In this document: piece after piece, positions 23,481 through 36,887 of the stretch
How positions within the stretch are numbered: position 1 is the first letter of the stretch
Layout: every line of letters begins with the position of its first letter
DNA from: Octopus bimaculoides
Taxonomy: Eukaryota
NCBI RefSeq assembly: GCF_001194135.2
Contig: NC_068984.1
Location: 31,753,881-31,817,880, forward strand
Reading direction: 5' to 3'
DNA: 64,000 nucleotides
Made by a program: the position numbers and the translations under genes
The notes under the pieces: generated by a model
Seen by the model: the letters and a program-made list of their open reading frames with translations, nothing else
Told to the model about the DNA's origin: nothing
Database searches by the model: none

Positions 23481-26400
23481 TCCTTTTGATGCCATTTTAA
23501 ACACAATGAAGAAGATTTCACCATGGTACACAAATCAGAATTCTTGCAGATGCAATGACAATGACTGGTGCAAAAATGTCAGGAGAAATAATTTATAAGA
23601 ATTAAAATTATCAACAATATCTGAATTTAGTAAAAAAAAGTGGATAAAATATTGAATATAGCAAATTTCCTTTAGGATGTACATATTTTTGTAACATTTG
23701 AAAATTAATATTTCGTTCATATCTTTGGAAATGTTTATTGTCTTGTGTTCCAATTTTATATAATGTTTGTATGTATGATATATTTTATTCAGTATGAATT
23801 TCGTTTGATTTACTTTGATATTATCAGAGTGATGGCAATTTTGCTGAAATTTTTTAGGGCTGTACATACATAAAAGCTGAAAAGTATAGATTTCACAAAT
23901 AGTTCATTCCTTAATTTTGTTCAACAACTACTTCAAGATGAACATCATTAAATGTATTGTCATTCTATTGTGATACCTAATTAGTTTAAATGAAATTGAT
24001 GTAGAATTTGTGTTTATCCAAATTATTTGTAATATCATGTTATATGTTTTTCATAAAACACTTACAAATAAAAATGAAAATTATTTCCCATCCCAACTTT
24101 CAGTATGGTTAAAGTATACTTTTAAAAAAAATTTTGATCAGCTTCCTCAACCCAAACCTTTCTTATTACTTAGCGTTATAACCCTTGTTTGCAGACAATG
24201 GATTTAATATGCAGAGTGACTGACCCTTTCAGCAGTCCTACCTTCTCTAATTTTTCCTCCTTTTATTTTCTCCCAGTCTATCTATTTTCTTGATGCCAGT
24301 GTATTTTCCTAAACTCTGTCTCTTGATACATTCACTCTTAGACTGCTCAGCTACCATGGATCATGCTAGTTAATACTATATTTGTTTTTATGTTTATGAG
24401 TAATATTACTTCAGTATTGTATCTTCTTGCATAATATGCTTTTTTATATCAATCTTTCACTGATCGTATATCACAGCTGTAAAGAAAAGACCTCCATACA
24501 TCCTGTAAAAAATATTTGCAAATGTTTCATATAAATACATCTCTTACACCTAAAATTAGATGTACAGCTTCTTTATCGTCTTTTTTTTTTACATGCATGT
24601 GGTTTCAGTCGTTTTTCCCTGCTAATTTTCTACTTCTATACTACCTAAGTTTGATGTAGGAGTTGGAGTTTAAGAATATTTCAAAGCATTTCTTGGTGAC
24701 TATCTATTCTACACTTCAACTAGTGTTTTATCACTCATTATATCTATCTATCTATCTATCTGTCTGTCTGTCTGTCTTTCTGTATGTATGTCTGTCTGTC
24801 TATCAATCTATCTATCTATCTATCTCTTGCCTATATGTCAGTCTTGTAATATGCCTGTCAGTATGTCTGTATATATGCATGTGTGTATGTATGTGTATAT
24901 ATGCATGTATGTATAGATTGTTTGAAATGGTGTGTAGATTTTATATATTAAGAAAAGAAAGGTAGTCAGAATTTTGGATAATTTTTTGCTTATTTAGAAG
25001 AGGTTTTGCACAGCTTTTGTCAACCAAATTAAGTTCAGAAGCCATTGGTGAACTGAAGCCACCATAGAAGGTATTTGCTCGGAACCAAGAACCATGTGGT
25101 AGTGAAATGAACTTACTAAGCAAACAGCTATTCCTCACAAAACAACTGAACAGCATTGTTGTAACTGTATATATGCAATATCTCAGTGATGAATTCCAAC
25201 ATTTTAGAAGATCTTACTCAACACATAAAATTGCTTGTTTATCATAACTAACTTAATAAAGTCTAGGATGAAATCTCTATAATCTAATGAAATCTTTAAA
25301 ATGTCATAAGATTTTGATTTTCACTAAATTATAATTTTAATTTAGTTTAGTGTTCAACAAACTCAACAATCATGCCTACACTAATTATAACCAATATTTG
25401 TTGCTTCTGTTCAGATGTGATAAGCTTACTGTTATTGAAATAACAGCTAAATCTCTTTCAAATAATACACAATTACCTTGGAAAATGAAAAGAAACATTG
25501 GCTAATGCAGTCTTAGTTATATTCCACTTGAAAACAAGAAACTATGTTGGGATGCTTACAGTTAGAATGGTTTTGATCATTGGCCTGTTTGATTAGCACT
25601 GACTTGGAACCATTCTTCAACAGCTTCTACTGTTATCAGACAAACTTTTCAAAAATGTTAGAAAGATAATCGAGATAGAAATTAAAACAAACATCCACTT
25701 AAAATTGCATCTAACATGACTAAATGTTTTTCTCTTTTTTTGTTCTGTCAAATATACTGAAGTGGAACCACAGTCATCTGTAAAACATTGGTCTCTCAAA
25801 GATCACCATCAAAAATAATAAGATTTTTCTGACACCACCAACTTGTTAGGCTGTCATCGATGGTTGTTACCATATTCATCTTCCTACTATCAAATACCTA
25901 TTCTGTATACTTGGCATATAACCATATATGTAGGTCTCTAACTGGGTGATGTTAGCTCAAGCCAGCTAAATCTACAAGTCCTGATTAAAGTGCTCCAGCT
26001 GTAACCACCTTATCTTTCTGTGTTTGACATTACATATTTCTAGAACTTCATTATCTAACATGTCCTTCCTGGTTTTAAGCAATATTATTTGATTTAAAGT
26101 TTATTTATCTGTTATTTTTAGCAAGTCAAGCAACCATGTAGGAGAGCACTTTTAGCTTCAAAAAGTTTTTATTTAATTTATAAGTTCATGAGTCAGCAGA
26201 GACAGTAAAACATCAAACTAAATGCTAAACAGTATTTACTTTGTCCCCATATGTTCCACATTGAAGTTCATCCTGGATCAGCTTAGCCTTTCACACTGTG
26301 TAAGCTTCATAAAATAATTGTCAGTAATATATTGAGATTAATTCATGCAATTCTGCCTGTATCTTCTGCCAGTTGGCTTACTGTCGATGTAAGTAATCAT

Positions 26401-26695
26401 TATTAATAATAATGTCTTGTGAAAAAGAAATCAATTATGAGAAATTGCACTCATTTCCAACAGGATAAAGTTTCAAAGAAGAGATTACAATAACGAGATT
26501 TAATGATTGTTGTTTCAACTTGGTATATAATTAATGTTAAGCCACTAATGCTATGCAGCGATATTACAATTATTTCAAATAACTCTTTGGTATATTTGAA
26601 ATATAATGAGTTCATAAATACTTTCAAAACTTTTGAAGTTGAGAACATCTTCCGAATTATACAAGATCCACCACACCTGGTGCTGAAGTTATTTT

Positions 26696-26769
<74 letters not shown>

Positions 26770-27236
26770 CGCGAGTGTGCATGCGTGTGTGTGTGTGTGA
26801 AAGCATGCATGAGAAAGTGTGTGAGTGTGTATGTAAAATATATGAATAATATAGGAATAACGAAGACCGATGTTAAATCAAACACTATCTAAGTCCTGGT
26901 AGTATGATATAATGCATCGAGACAATGGTGAGATACTCTACGACCAATCCAATCCATGCCTGGTTTGGAAAACATATGAAATGAACTTGCTGTGGCTCAC
27001 ATTAGCCATCTAGCTGTAAGGACACAAATTTAAAGTTGCATCTTCATTTTGAGCATATAGTGTAAATCAAACAAACTAGCCCCATTTCACACAAACTTAT
27101 GGGAAAATTTGCACTCACTATTGTAAGCAAAATAATCAATTATAAATGTGGTTTAACTGACTTCTGATCAAAAGTATTTCAGCCATGACATCCAGTTTTT
27201 AATTTCATACATAGTGGATTTAGAATTACATTGTAC

Positions 27237-28076
27237 CAGTGGTTCCCAAACTTTTTCAGGCTGCTGCCCCACTCAGCACCCAGGCTGTATTCCTAGCACC
27301 CTTCCCACACACACACACACACACACACACCACAAACATAGAACATAATTTAAAACACCTCTGAAATTATTAACAATTTTTATAAAGCCAAAAATGTTTC
27401 TCTCTTGGGTTTCAAGTATGTAGTGAATAAAATGGTCAAAATCGTTTCGGACTGGAGTGGTGAGGAGGTAGGGGGAGTGAAAAAAATTTTCAAAACTTTT
27501 TATATTTTTCGTTTCGTGAAAAGACGCTTACCATCATTCTGAAGACTTTGGTGAAAAACATTGGAAAAAATCCCCATCAAAACAGAGAAGTTCCAACTTA
27601 TGTGGGCCGTCTGACCTGAAACCCTGTTTTCCAGAAACTCCTCCCCTCCGCCCCCTTTCAAACATTTTGCCTACTAATTCCTTTATAATCGTAATCTACA
27701 CTGTCTGAAAAGTATTTGTATAAAATTTCATTCAAAAATACCTATTTTCCAGAAAGCTATGAGGCAGGAAATGTCGGGTTCTGTGAACTTTCTGAAACTC
27801 CTCACCTAAACTCCTCAGGAAATGTTTCCAACAAATCTTTACATACACTCAATTTACAGGATGTAAGCGATTATTTGATGAAAGTTTCGTTAAAACGTAT
27901 CCATTTTTCTGGAAGTTATGAGGCAACAAAATCAGTGGGGTATTAAACTATAGTTATGTCATTTTCCAATAAAAGTTAATATCAATGGATTAACATTAAC
28001 TTCCATTACATTTTCAAAGAATTAACGGATTAACGATTAACAAAGTTAATATTTCAGTTAACGGTGCCCACCTCTG
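27237..28076. mobile_element. Cluster of non-autonomous DNA-transposon pieces with hAT-like ends
   Basis: CAGTGGTTCCCAAACTTTTT at 27237 is a Charlie-type end; GTTAACGGTGCCCACCTCTG ends at 28076, preceded by repeated TTAAC motifs; CpG-retaining interior. Confidence 0.5.
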
Positions 28077-28280
28077 TATATATGCACGCTAGTGACACAT
28101 GGTGGTTGTTTTATTGGGTGTGCTGCCATACACAATGCCACCAAATTTCAAGCAGGGGTATGACAAAAGTTTTCTCTTAAGATTTATAATCAAATTAATG
28201 AGTGAGGTTAATATTTGTAATGAATTTGCAACTTTTGATGGGTGTGCAACATACACCTAGTACACACGAGATATACACCC

Positions 28281-28311
<31 letters not shown>

Positions 28312-28416
28312 GACCGGTCCGTGGTTTCTTTGTATCATCTATCTGGATGTTTTGTCCCTCTCTTGTATCACCTAACTGTCTTGATGTTTTGCATTCTTGT
28401 CCCATTCTGTATCATT

Positions 28417-28460
<44 letters not shown>

Positions 28461-29351
28461 GGTGTGTATGTCATAAATCACAATATATTGCATTAAACAA
28501 TGTATTCCACTTTTAATGATAGGAGGTGTAATTTTAAGGAGATTCGATTGCTATTTCTAGCATGTTGAGCGAGGATGTTGATGACTCTCTTGATGCCAAT
28601 AGTTATTTGTGCACTGACTCCAACAAAATTCCAGTATGTAGGTAGAAGAATCAGTCTGACAGTTTGCAGTCACTGTAGAATAAATATGTCAAAGTAATAA
28701 GTTTCTGAATCCCTAGATAGATGTTCAATGGCATAATATCTATGAAAGCATCCCTGAGATATTAGGCATAATATGTTACTGTCAACATATTTGAAATAAT
28801 ACAATTATAACTGGAATAGAATTGTGAAATTATATTGATGTTCTAATATAACACTATCAACAGCTGCAGGCAATGATGTTTGTGTGTTTGCTTCTCAATG
28901 CTGATATCAATTAGACAGTTTTGTATAACAATGACTTTTTCCACCCTTCATGTCCTTTTTCTAGTCTTTTCACTGTGTATGCATATTTCTTTCAAGTCAG
29001 TTTTAATAATCCCTTTGCAATTTCTCTTAGCCAGTCACAAATCTGATTAACCTTCTCTTATAGATTTCTGATTGTGTGTTACTTGTTACTATTGTTTAAC
29101 TTGAATGATATTACTTGAATGATCACAAAAGAGTTCAAAGTTTCTTCTTACTTTTAACTCACAGATAATTGAAATAAAGAAGGAAGAAAGAGGGAGGGAG
29201 AAGGAGAGGGAGAGAGAAGGGAGAGAGAGAAAGTTGAGGAATGGATATGTGTGCCTGTGGAAACATGTGTGGGTGAGTGGGGAAAGAGAAATAAAATGAA
29301 CAATCTTTAAAATCATTCTAAAAATGATGCCCTATAATGATTGTGTAAATA

Positions 29352-30633
29352 TGAAGGTAGTCAGAAAAGTTTGTAGGATGACTAAGAAGGAGTGATGCTA
29401 GAGCTATGAAATCTTGCATGCATTACTTTCACCTCATTTTATTAATAACTGCATTGTTTCTTTGCAGGTAAAGTGATATCTGACTCTTCAAAGAAGTGTT
29501 TGATTGTAACTAGAAGTGACTTCTCTTAAAAATTGGCGAAATTTGGCATTGTAACTTTATCAAGTTCTTGCAGAAAAAGGGTTTAGCCCCCAATGAATTT
29601 CATGCTGACATGGTTACTACATTAGAGAATGATACTCCAGCTCTATCAACAGTACAAAAGTGGGCAGGTGAATTTAGGAAGGATAGGGAGAGGTTTGAAA
29701 ATGACCCAACATCTGCAACTCTCACCACAGATGAAAACATTAATCATGTTCAACACATGGCGATGGACGACAAGCAGGTAACTTTAAATCAAATAGCCAA
29801 TGTTATTAGCATATCCTGTGACAGAGGTGACAATATTCTGCACCATGAACTTGCTATGACAAAGGTTTTTGCTCAGTGGGTGCCATATCTTCTGACACCA
29901 GAGCAAAAGTGCACCAAGCTGATCACATCACAGGAAAACCTGAGATTGTTTGAGGCAGATCCAGATGGTTTCCTCGAAAATGTTCTAACATATGATGAGC
30001 GTTGGGTTCATCACTTTGATTCAGAGACAAAGAGACAATCCATGCAGTGGCAACACCCCCTCCTCATCTGCTCCAAAGCAGCAAGGTTGTTTCATATGCA
30101 ATGAAGTTAATGGCCTCAGTAATTTTGGGATGCAAAAGGCATTGTTAATTGACTATTCAAAAGGCCCACACTATCAATGGAGGGTACAATACCAACGAGC
30201 TGAGTCAGTTATGAAAAGTTATCAATCCCAAATGTTCAGAAAAACAGACAAAATCGGTTTTGTTTCACCAGGATAATGCTCCAGCACACAAGTCCTTGGT
30301 TTCAATGGCTACTGTGCGTGGTTGTGGCTTTGAACTGGTTGATCACCCTCCTTATTCTCCTGATTTGGCTCTAGCTGACCCTAATTTGTTCTCCAACATG
30401 AAAAATCACTAGGTCGGGAACTAGTATCACAATGATGACGATGTTGCATCTGTTGTTGATGGCTTTTTTGACCGACAGGATGAAAGCGTCTTCAAGAAAG
30501 GAATCCAAGCACTGCAACACCAATAGAAAAAGTGTGTGGACCACAAGGGGGTTAATGTTGAAAAATAAACCTCATATGGTCACATGCCATGAGAGTATCT
30601 TGGTCAGATTATGAACTTTTCTGTTGACCTTCA
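29352..30633 (+). mobile_element. Full-length (1282 bp) but inactivated mariner element
   Basis: TIRs TGAAGGTAGTCAGAAAAGTT / AACTTTTCTGTTGACCTTCA with TA on both sides; ORF 29568-30104 (HTH, QWVPYLLT, LTYDERWVHHF); downstream WDAKG, HQDNAPAH, HPPYSPDLALAD; frameshifts and stops. Confidence 0.95.
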
Positions 30634-32284
30634 TATTCTGGGTCACAGTGCTCACGCTACTTATAGAAACATTTCAGGCTGAATCCAGAGAAAGCTCACT
30701 GGACAGACTGGCATAAAGTAACTCACCATCTGGTCAAAAGGTACAATGTTTCCTGTCTTTACCTTTCATATTGCTTCTACAATAGCTCTTGCTACTCATA
30801 ACTGCCTAGTCTTGTGTCACCTCTACTCAAGTCATTTCAAGTCATTCCTTTCTTTCTTCTTATCATCTCCAATATTGTGTGCAATTCACCAGGCTCTGCA
30901 ATAATTACTCTTTCTAATTCTAATTTCACTGAATGTCAGCTCACTGAAACTCCATCCTTTCTTCAAATATTGAATTGAATTGCAACAATTTACGTAGAGC
31001 ATCAATAGTATAAATCTAACTGATTTTCTATGACTTGGAAAGGCCATGAATATTGCTTCTCTTCTAGACTTAGAAAGTAAAAACAAAAGAAATACAAGGC
31101 TTGTAGTATGCTTTTGAACTTTTGACAATATGAATTATAATTGGACCTTTGTAACAATAACAAAAATTAATTGGTTCCACCATATCCCTGCTTCAACTAC
31201 AATTTGATTGGTAGAACTATTCAGAATTATGTTAAGTTAGAATGAATGAAATATTAAGTTCAAATACTAAAGTCAATATGCAGAACCAAAGCCCAAGTTA
31301 TTTATTCTCATTAAAGATAATAAATGCTGAATATATGCAAATGAATAATGAAATAATAAAAATATCCATTAACAAATAAACTGTGTTGTAAAATACAAAC
31401 TTCAGAATTTATGTTGTGCAAGCCACTTTAAATTTATCATTTTATTTTCTTTTAGTGGAATATAAACAGAGAAATTTCATTATTAATGTCATTTCTTTTC
31501 TCATCTCAAAATAATGCTTTATATATAAAAAGACGTTTTCAATAAGGTGTTTATTTCCATAAATATAACACTTCTTTTTTTATATATTTTCCACATATAT
31601 CTGTTATGAAATAAAATATTTTTTTTAAATATAAATATATATTATCAAATTTACAACAGGTTTAATGACATGGATAAGAACATTTGTTGAACAGAAACAG
31701 CTGTAATGGAAGATGTAGCAGTAGTAGCAGTAGTATAATTGAAAAGTGCAATTGGGAGCAGATAGAGTTGTTTGGATAAGAAGTTAATTTCACAACCATG
31801 GGGACGATTTCACTATCATGAGGCTACAAATAATCAATATAAAGTTGTTATAGCGTCACTAGCAATAACATTATCACAAGTATAAGGGGTAATAGATGTA
31901 CTCAGCCATCGTAGCACGTTATTTGATTATATATATATTATTATTTCAGAGTTTTGCAACTACTTAATAATTTGTTTTAAATCTAATTTATGCACAAAGG
32001 CATGAGCATGCAATGACATATAATATATATATGCACTATTCAATATATTTTTATTGATAATAGTTCTGAAGAGGTGGTGAGTGAAAGAATTGTTAAAGAC
32101 TTGGAGAACATGCATTACAATATATAGTACAGCAGTTTATATTCTGAGTTCAGGTCTTTATCAAAGTCACCTTTGTCTCTGGGGTTATTAAAATACTATA
32201 CAAATCAACTTACATGCACACACTAACACACACATTTATGTACGTATGTATGTATGTATGTATGCATGAATATATGTACTAGTG

Positions 32285-33461
32285 AGTGGAAAACAAGAAA
32301 AATATCTTTTTCTCTGCACAAATGTATTTCTCAACATAGTCTCCGACACAAGCGATGCATTTGTGTCATCGTTGAAACCAACATTTGAATCTTGTTTGAA
32401 AAACTTAGGCGTGCAATGTTCAATCCATTCCTTCCCGGCCAATTTTACTTTATCTGTTTCCTCAAATTATTTTCCCCGAATACTATACTTCCATGGACTG
32501 AACAAGTGGAAGTTAGAGATGTAGGGTGTATAGTGGGTGAGGGACCACCGATCACTCCAATTTGCAGATTCCCTGATTTGTTACCAACGATGTGCATAAT
32601 CGAACATTGTAACGGTGAATGACGATCGTTTTCAGATCCTTATTTGTTCTCTTCCTCCTTGAGTTCTTTAAGTTTTTAAAGTGACTCAGTGCATTGCTCG
32701 CTATTCATAGTAAAGCCATGTTCGATGAAATAAAGACGAATAATGCCTTTGCCATAAAAAACATTTTAAATAATAAAAAAGCAGTCCCCATGACCGATTG
32801 ATGGTTCTTAATTTCTCAGACCTTGGAGAAGAGACGTGACGCTATCCCATGAACTGAGCCTCTGCTTCTAGATCATAAAGATCAGTTTATACTTCATTTC
32901 CTGTCAGTAGATCGGAAAATTATGTTTCTTAGGGTTTTGGATGCTTCCAGCATATTAGAGCAGACTTTCACGCTTCTCTCTCTCAAATTGGATGTCTGTT
33001 TTGAAGTACACATTTTGCAAACCCTTTCTAATTCCTAAAGCCATCTACCGTCTTCTTTAATGCATCCATATATGGAGTAAACCCACATATTATCTGCTTA
33101 CATAAGTGGACGAAATCAGTTCGTCCACTTACTGGCGATTCATGTTGGTGGTCCCAGATGCTTTTCTTCCTCTGAGTGGTTTTTCTTCAATGCTCGTTTC
33201 ATCATCATATAAAATTTTTCATCTATCTGTGCACATTGCTCATGTTATTAGTGCCGTTTCCGTAAACACCTCGTCGGAGCAGCATGTGTGCTTTCTTCAT
33301 CGAGAATTTAATGGCAGCATATATAGCTCCTGTTTGGAGCTCATTATTCGCTTGCAAACGTATATAACATTAGAATGAATTATCATAGGCGAAATTTTAC
33401 TCCAGCAACGTAAGCAAACCTATGCTATGCCCACTTTAGTGTTATTTTTGGTACAACCTCA
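32285..33461 (-). mobile_element. Decayed mariner element
   Basis: Minus strand: TA-TGAGGTTGTACCAAAAATAAC terminus; ..VPHPLYT..NFHLFSPWK..FEETDKVKLAGKEWIEHCTPKFFKQ..HKCIACVGDYVEK*. Confidence 0.8.
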
Positions 33462-34515
33462 TATCATGCACACACATATGTATACATAGCCATATGTATA
33501 CACATACATACACACTAAGAGAAACATACGGGATTTATATATACTGAAGAATTTACATTATTTCTTCTTTTATGCTATTTTTTTGCTCTCTGTACCCTTC
33601 ATAAAATATAACTATATTTCACCATAAACAATATTAACCGCATTATAATGTACATCACACCTTGTTTCAATGCCCACGATGTACCACAGATCTTGTCATA
33701 AGGCATCTGTTCCAACATTTTATGTAAATATCCGATTTTGAATCAGTTAACTGATGCATATGCGAAGTAGGAAAAAGAAAAGCATAAAACTGTTGTATAT
33801 ATCTTTACAAGGAAATAAATTAAAAACGTACTGTGTTTGGTGAAAAAAAAATCATTGATTTAGGTTGAATGAAATAGAAATATCGTTGATCTGTAGGTTT
33901 GAAGAATATTTATGCTAAACTTCCCAATAATTTATTGCATTTAGTTTTACCAGTCTCAGTTTTTCTGAAAGTTTATCTTATTTTATGCTTCAAGTTGAGA
34001 AGTAAGGGATTCTCAGAGAAAATGTCTACAATAAATTGTATTTATTTATGCTTCTTCCAAACTTCGGATAATCTCATTGAGATGCAGAGTTTTAAGAAAT
34101 GAAATTATATGTTTTTCATTGGTGTCAATTGCAGTCTCACGAGGCACCAGGAAAATACAATTCTATAATCTCAGTTTGTGTTGGTATGTATTATGTATGT
34201 ATGTATGTGTGCCTGTATGTATAAATACACAAACTGAAACACATGCATATATANNNNNNNNNNNNNNNNNNNNNNNNNNNNNNNNNNNNNNNNNNNNNNN
34301 NNNNNNNNNNNNNNNNNNNNNNNNNNNNNNNNNNNNNNNNNNNNNNNNNNNNNNNNNNNNNNNNNNNNNNNNNNNNNNNNNNNNNNNNNNNNNNNNNNNN
34401 NNNNNNNNNNNNNNNNNNNNNNNNNNNNNNNNNNNNNNNNNNNNNNNNNNNNNNNNNNNNNNNNNNNNNNNNNNNNNNNNNNNNNNNNNNNNNNNNNNNN
34501 NNNNNNNNNNNNNNN

Positions 34516-34548
<33 letters not shown>

Positions 34549-34707
34549 CACACACACATACATACGTACGTGCGTACATACACACACACACATACACACA
34601 TAAATACACACTCAAACATAATACATTCAAAGTTTTTAAATATCACTCTCGTCTCCTTTACTACCAATAGTATTAGTACCTGTTATAATTAATGCTATTA
34701 CTTAGGA

Positions 34708-34711
<4 letters not shown>

Positions 34712-34743
<32 letters not shown>

Positions 34744-35660
34744 GAACACGTCGCACAGTATCCAATATTGTAATGTAGATTTGAAGATATTGTGTGCAGT
34801 GGGGATTTTGCTGTCTGTCAAATCTTAAGGACCTCAAACAAACAGTACTTTACGCAGTATACGTGCAGATTCAAATAAAGCCGATATTTGCAATACAAGA
34901 TTTTAGAGTTTTTCTAAAGTGTTCAGATGTTTCTTCAGGTTGGGTGGTATTGAACTCAACGCACTGATAGCAACAAGAACAACGTTTGTATTTGACTATC
35001 GCAACTGCCACATGTTGGTGATCTCAATTTTCTGGTCAAATTATTAATGGTTTCAAGTAAGGGGTTCTCCTTCCTTTCATGACAATATGTTAACCTCCTG
35101 ACACTGATACGTCAATTATTAGTTATGCTTGTCCCCCTTAAAGGCTACTATATCCAACCTTCAGTGCTCTAATCACGCTTTCGGTCTTCTTCTCACACAT
35201 TCCGCTAAGGTTCTTGGCGATCGTGTGGTATATATCTTTTTTCACTGAGTTGGTATTCACTGTCAGGTCCTAGACAGCAATAATTAGGATTTCAGTCCAC
35301 TTTTTATGGTCAACTTTGCTGATTCACAATCATGATGCTTCCTGGTCTTTTAAGTTGTTAGTTTTGCTGTGGACTGCTGACCATGTAATTTCATGTGGAG
35401 TAGTACTTCTTCTCTTTCGGTGGTTATTCGTGATTAGAATTCATTAGCACTTTCAACTCCATTGTTAGTAAATCTTTCAGCATTAGTAGCATACTGTAGC
35501 AGGTAACAAATCTTGTTCGCTGTTTACCAAATACTCTGCCAAGTTTCTTCTTTCAGTATCCCGTACGCTAATCAGGCCATGTCCACCTTATAGCCTGTGT
35601 ACATTTGCCTTAAGGTAGAAGGCACCATGCATTGTCATCGTCTTTCGGGTTGTGTGATCG
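34712..35660 (-). mobile_element. R4/Dong-clade non-LTR retroelement, 3' part with (TAA)n tail
   Basis: Minus strand: RLDHTTRKTMTMHGAFYLKANVHRL..GGHGLISV, then a decayed REL region ..EITNMWQLR..VAISALSSIPPNLKKHL..SARILRKVL, ending in (TAA)n. Confidence 0.8.
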
Positions 35661-35781
35661 AGTCGGTCTGTAATAAATCGACCGTGTGAACCAAAGGAGA
35701 ATGGCGACGAGACGGAAAAGGCTCCTTTTAACCATGTCACACGGTTGAACACAAAAACATAATATATCACATAGAAGGCTC

Positions 35782-36887
35782 GTCGTGAGAGATACGAGCC
35801 AAGTGCCAGAAGGAATCAGAGAGTGACAAACACAACCGTTAGATATAAAAATAGAGTAAGTTTATTAACATAGTGGAACTGTAGTGTGTGTGTGCGTGCA
35901 TGCGGCATATATAAATAACACAATACATAAGTCAGGCCTTCGTGTACAAGAGTATGTATACAACAATGTGAAATAACGGATAGTTGTATAAGCAATAGTG
36001 TATGCGGCATATATAAATAACGCAGTAGATAAATCAGGCCTTCGTGTACAAGAGTATGTATACAACAATATGAAATAACGGATACGTCGTATAAGCAATA
36101 GTGTGTGTACAATATATGTGTGTGAGAGAGAGAGGAACACAGAACATAGAAGAGTGTCTGTAACAGACTGTAAAAGTCTTAAACACTAAGATTGAGAAAT
36201 ACCAGTTCGTATATGAGTTACACAAGATATAGAATGTTCATACGCAGGAAGTTGTGGCCAAGAGAGCAGATCTGTAGTATCACAATATGTGTGTTGAGTG
36301 TCGTTACTGCGACCGGTTACCTGGTATAGTATACTCTAGCAGTTTGGTTCTGACTGTTGTTCGTGGTGGAAATAATCCACTCATACAGTGTCGAGATAAA
36401 ACCGCTTCTGTTAATATTGGTGTGTACTCTGGTGGTGGTGTTGCTGGCGTCGACATTGGTAGACAGTACATTGGTGGTGAAGACGTCGCTGGAAACTGCC
36501 TGGAGCTGTGTTCTGTATGTGTGTGTGGTCAGCGACCAGACCTATGAGAGATCTGAAATCGAAGACGACTGGCGCCGTTAGATCGGGCTTATTTATAAAT
36601 GAAATAGGGCTCACCGGAAACGAAGACAAACTCTCTCTCACGTGACCTTATTATAAGACCACGATTGGACGGAATGCACCCTGGCGCGAAACAGAACTGG
36701 GGACAATTGCCGCGCAAATGAGAACCAATCAGGGTGGTGGATACAAGGGGCCAAGGCAGTCGAAAGCTAGATGTTAGCAGCTTCGTTATAATTTGTGATT
36801 GAATGCCCGAGAGAGAGGTTTCACTACAGGTCAATCTCCGCTCGCGTCCATTTCTGAACGGATTCACTATAGCGAACTTCGGCAACA
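35782..36887 (-). mobile_element. Solo LTR (~1.1 kb), probably Gypsy-type
   Basis: Minus strand begins TGTTGCCG and ends ..CTCACGAC (terminal A absent); GCTC at 35778-35781 and 36888-36891; CCAAT boxes, TATA-like TTTATAAATA near 36590, AATAAA near 35860, CpG-rich. Confidence 0.7.
35900..36104. repeat. 102-bp tandem duplication inside the LTR
   Basis: ATGCGGCATATATAAATAAC..CAGGCCTTCGTGTACAAGAGTATGTATACAACAAT..TATAAGCAATAGTGT occurs at 35900 and 36002. Confidence 0.9.
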
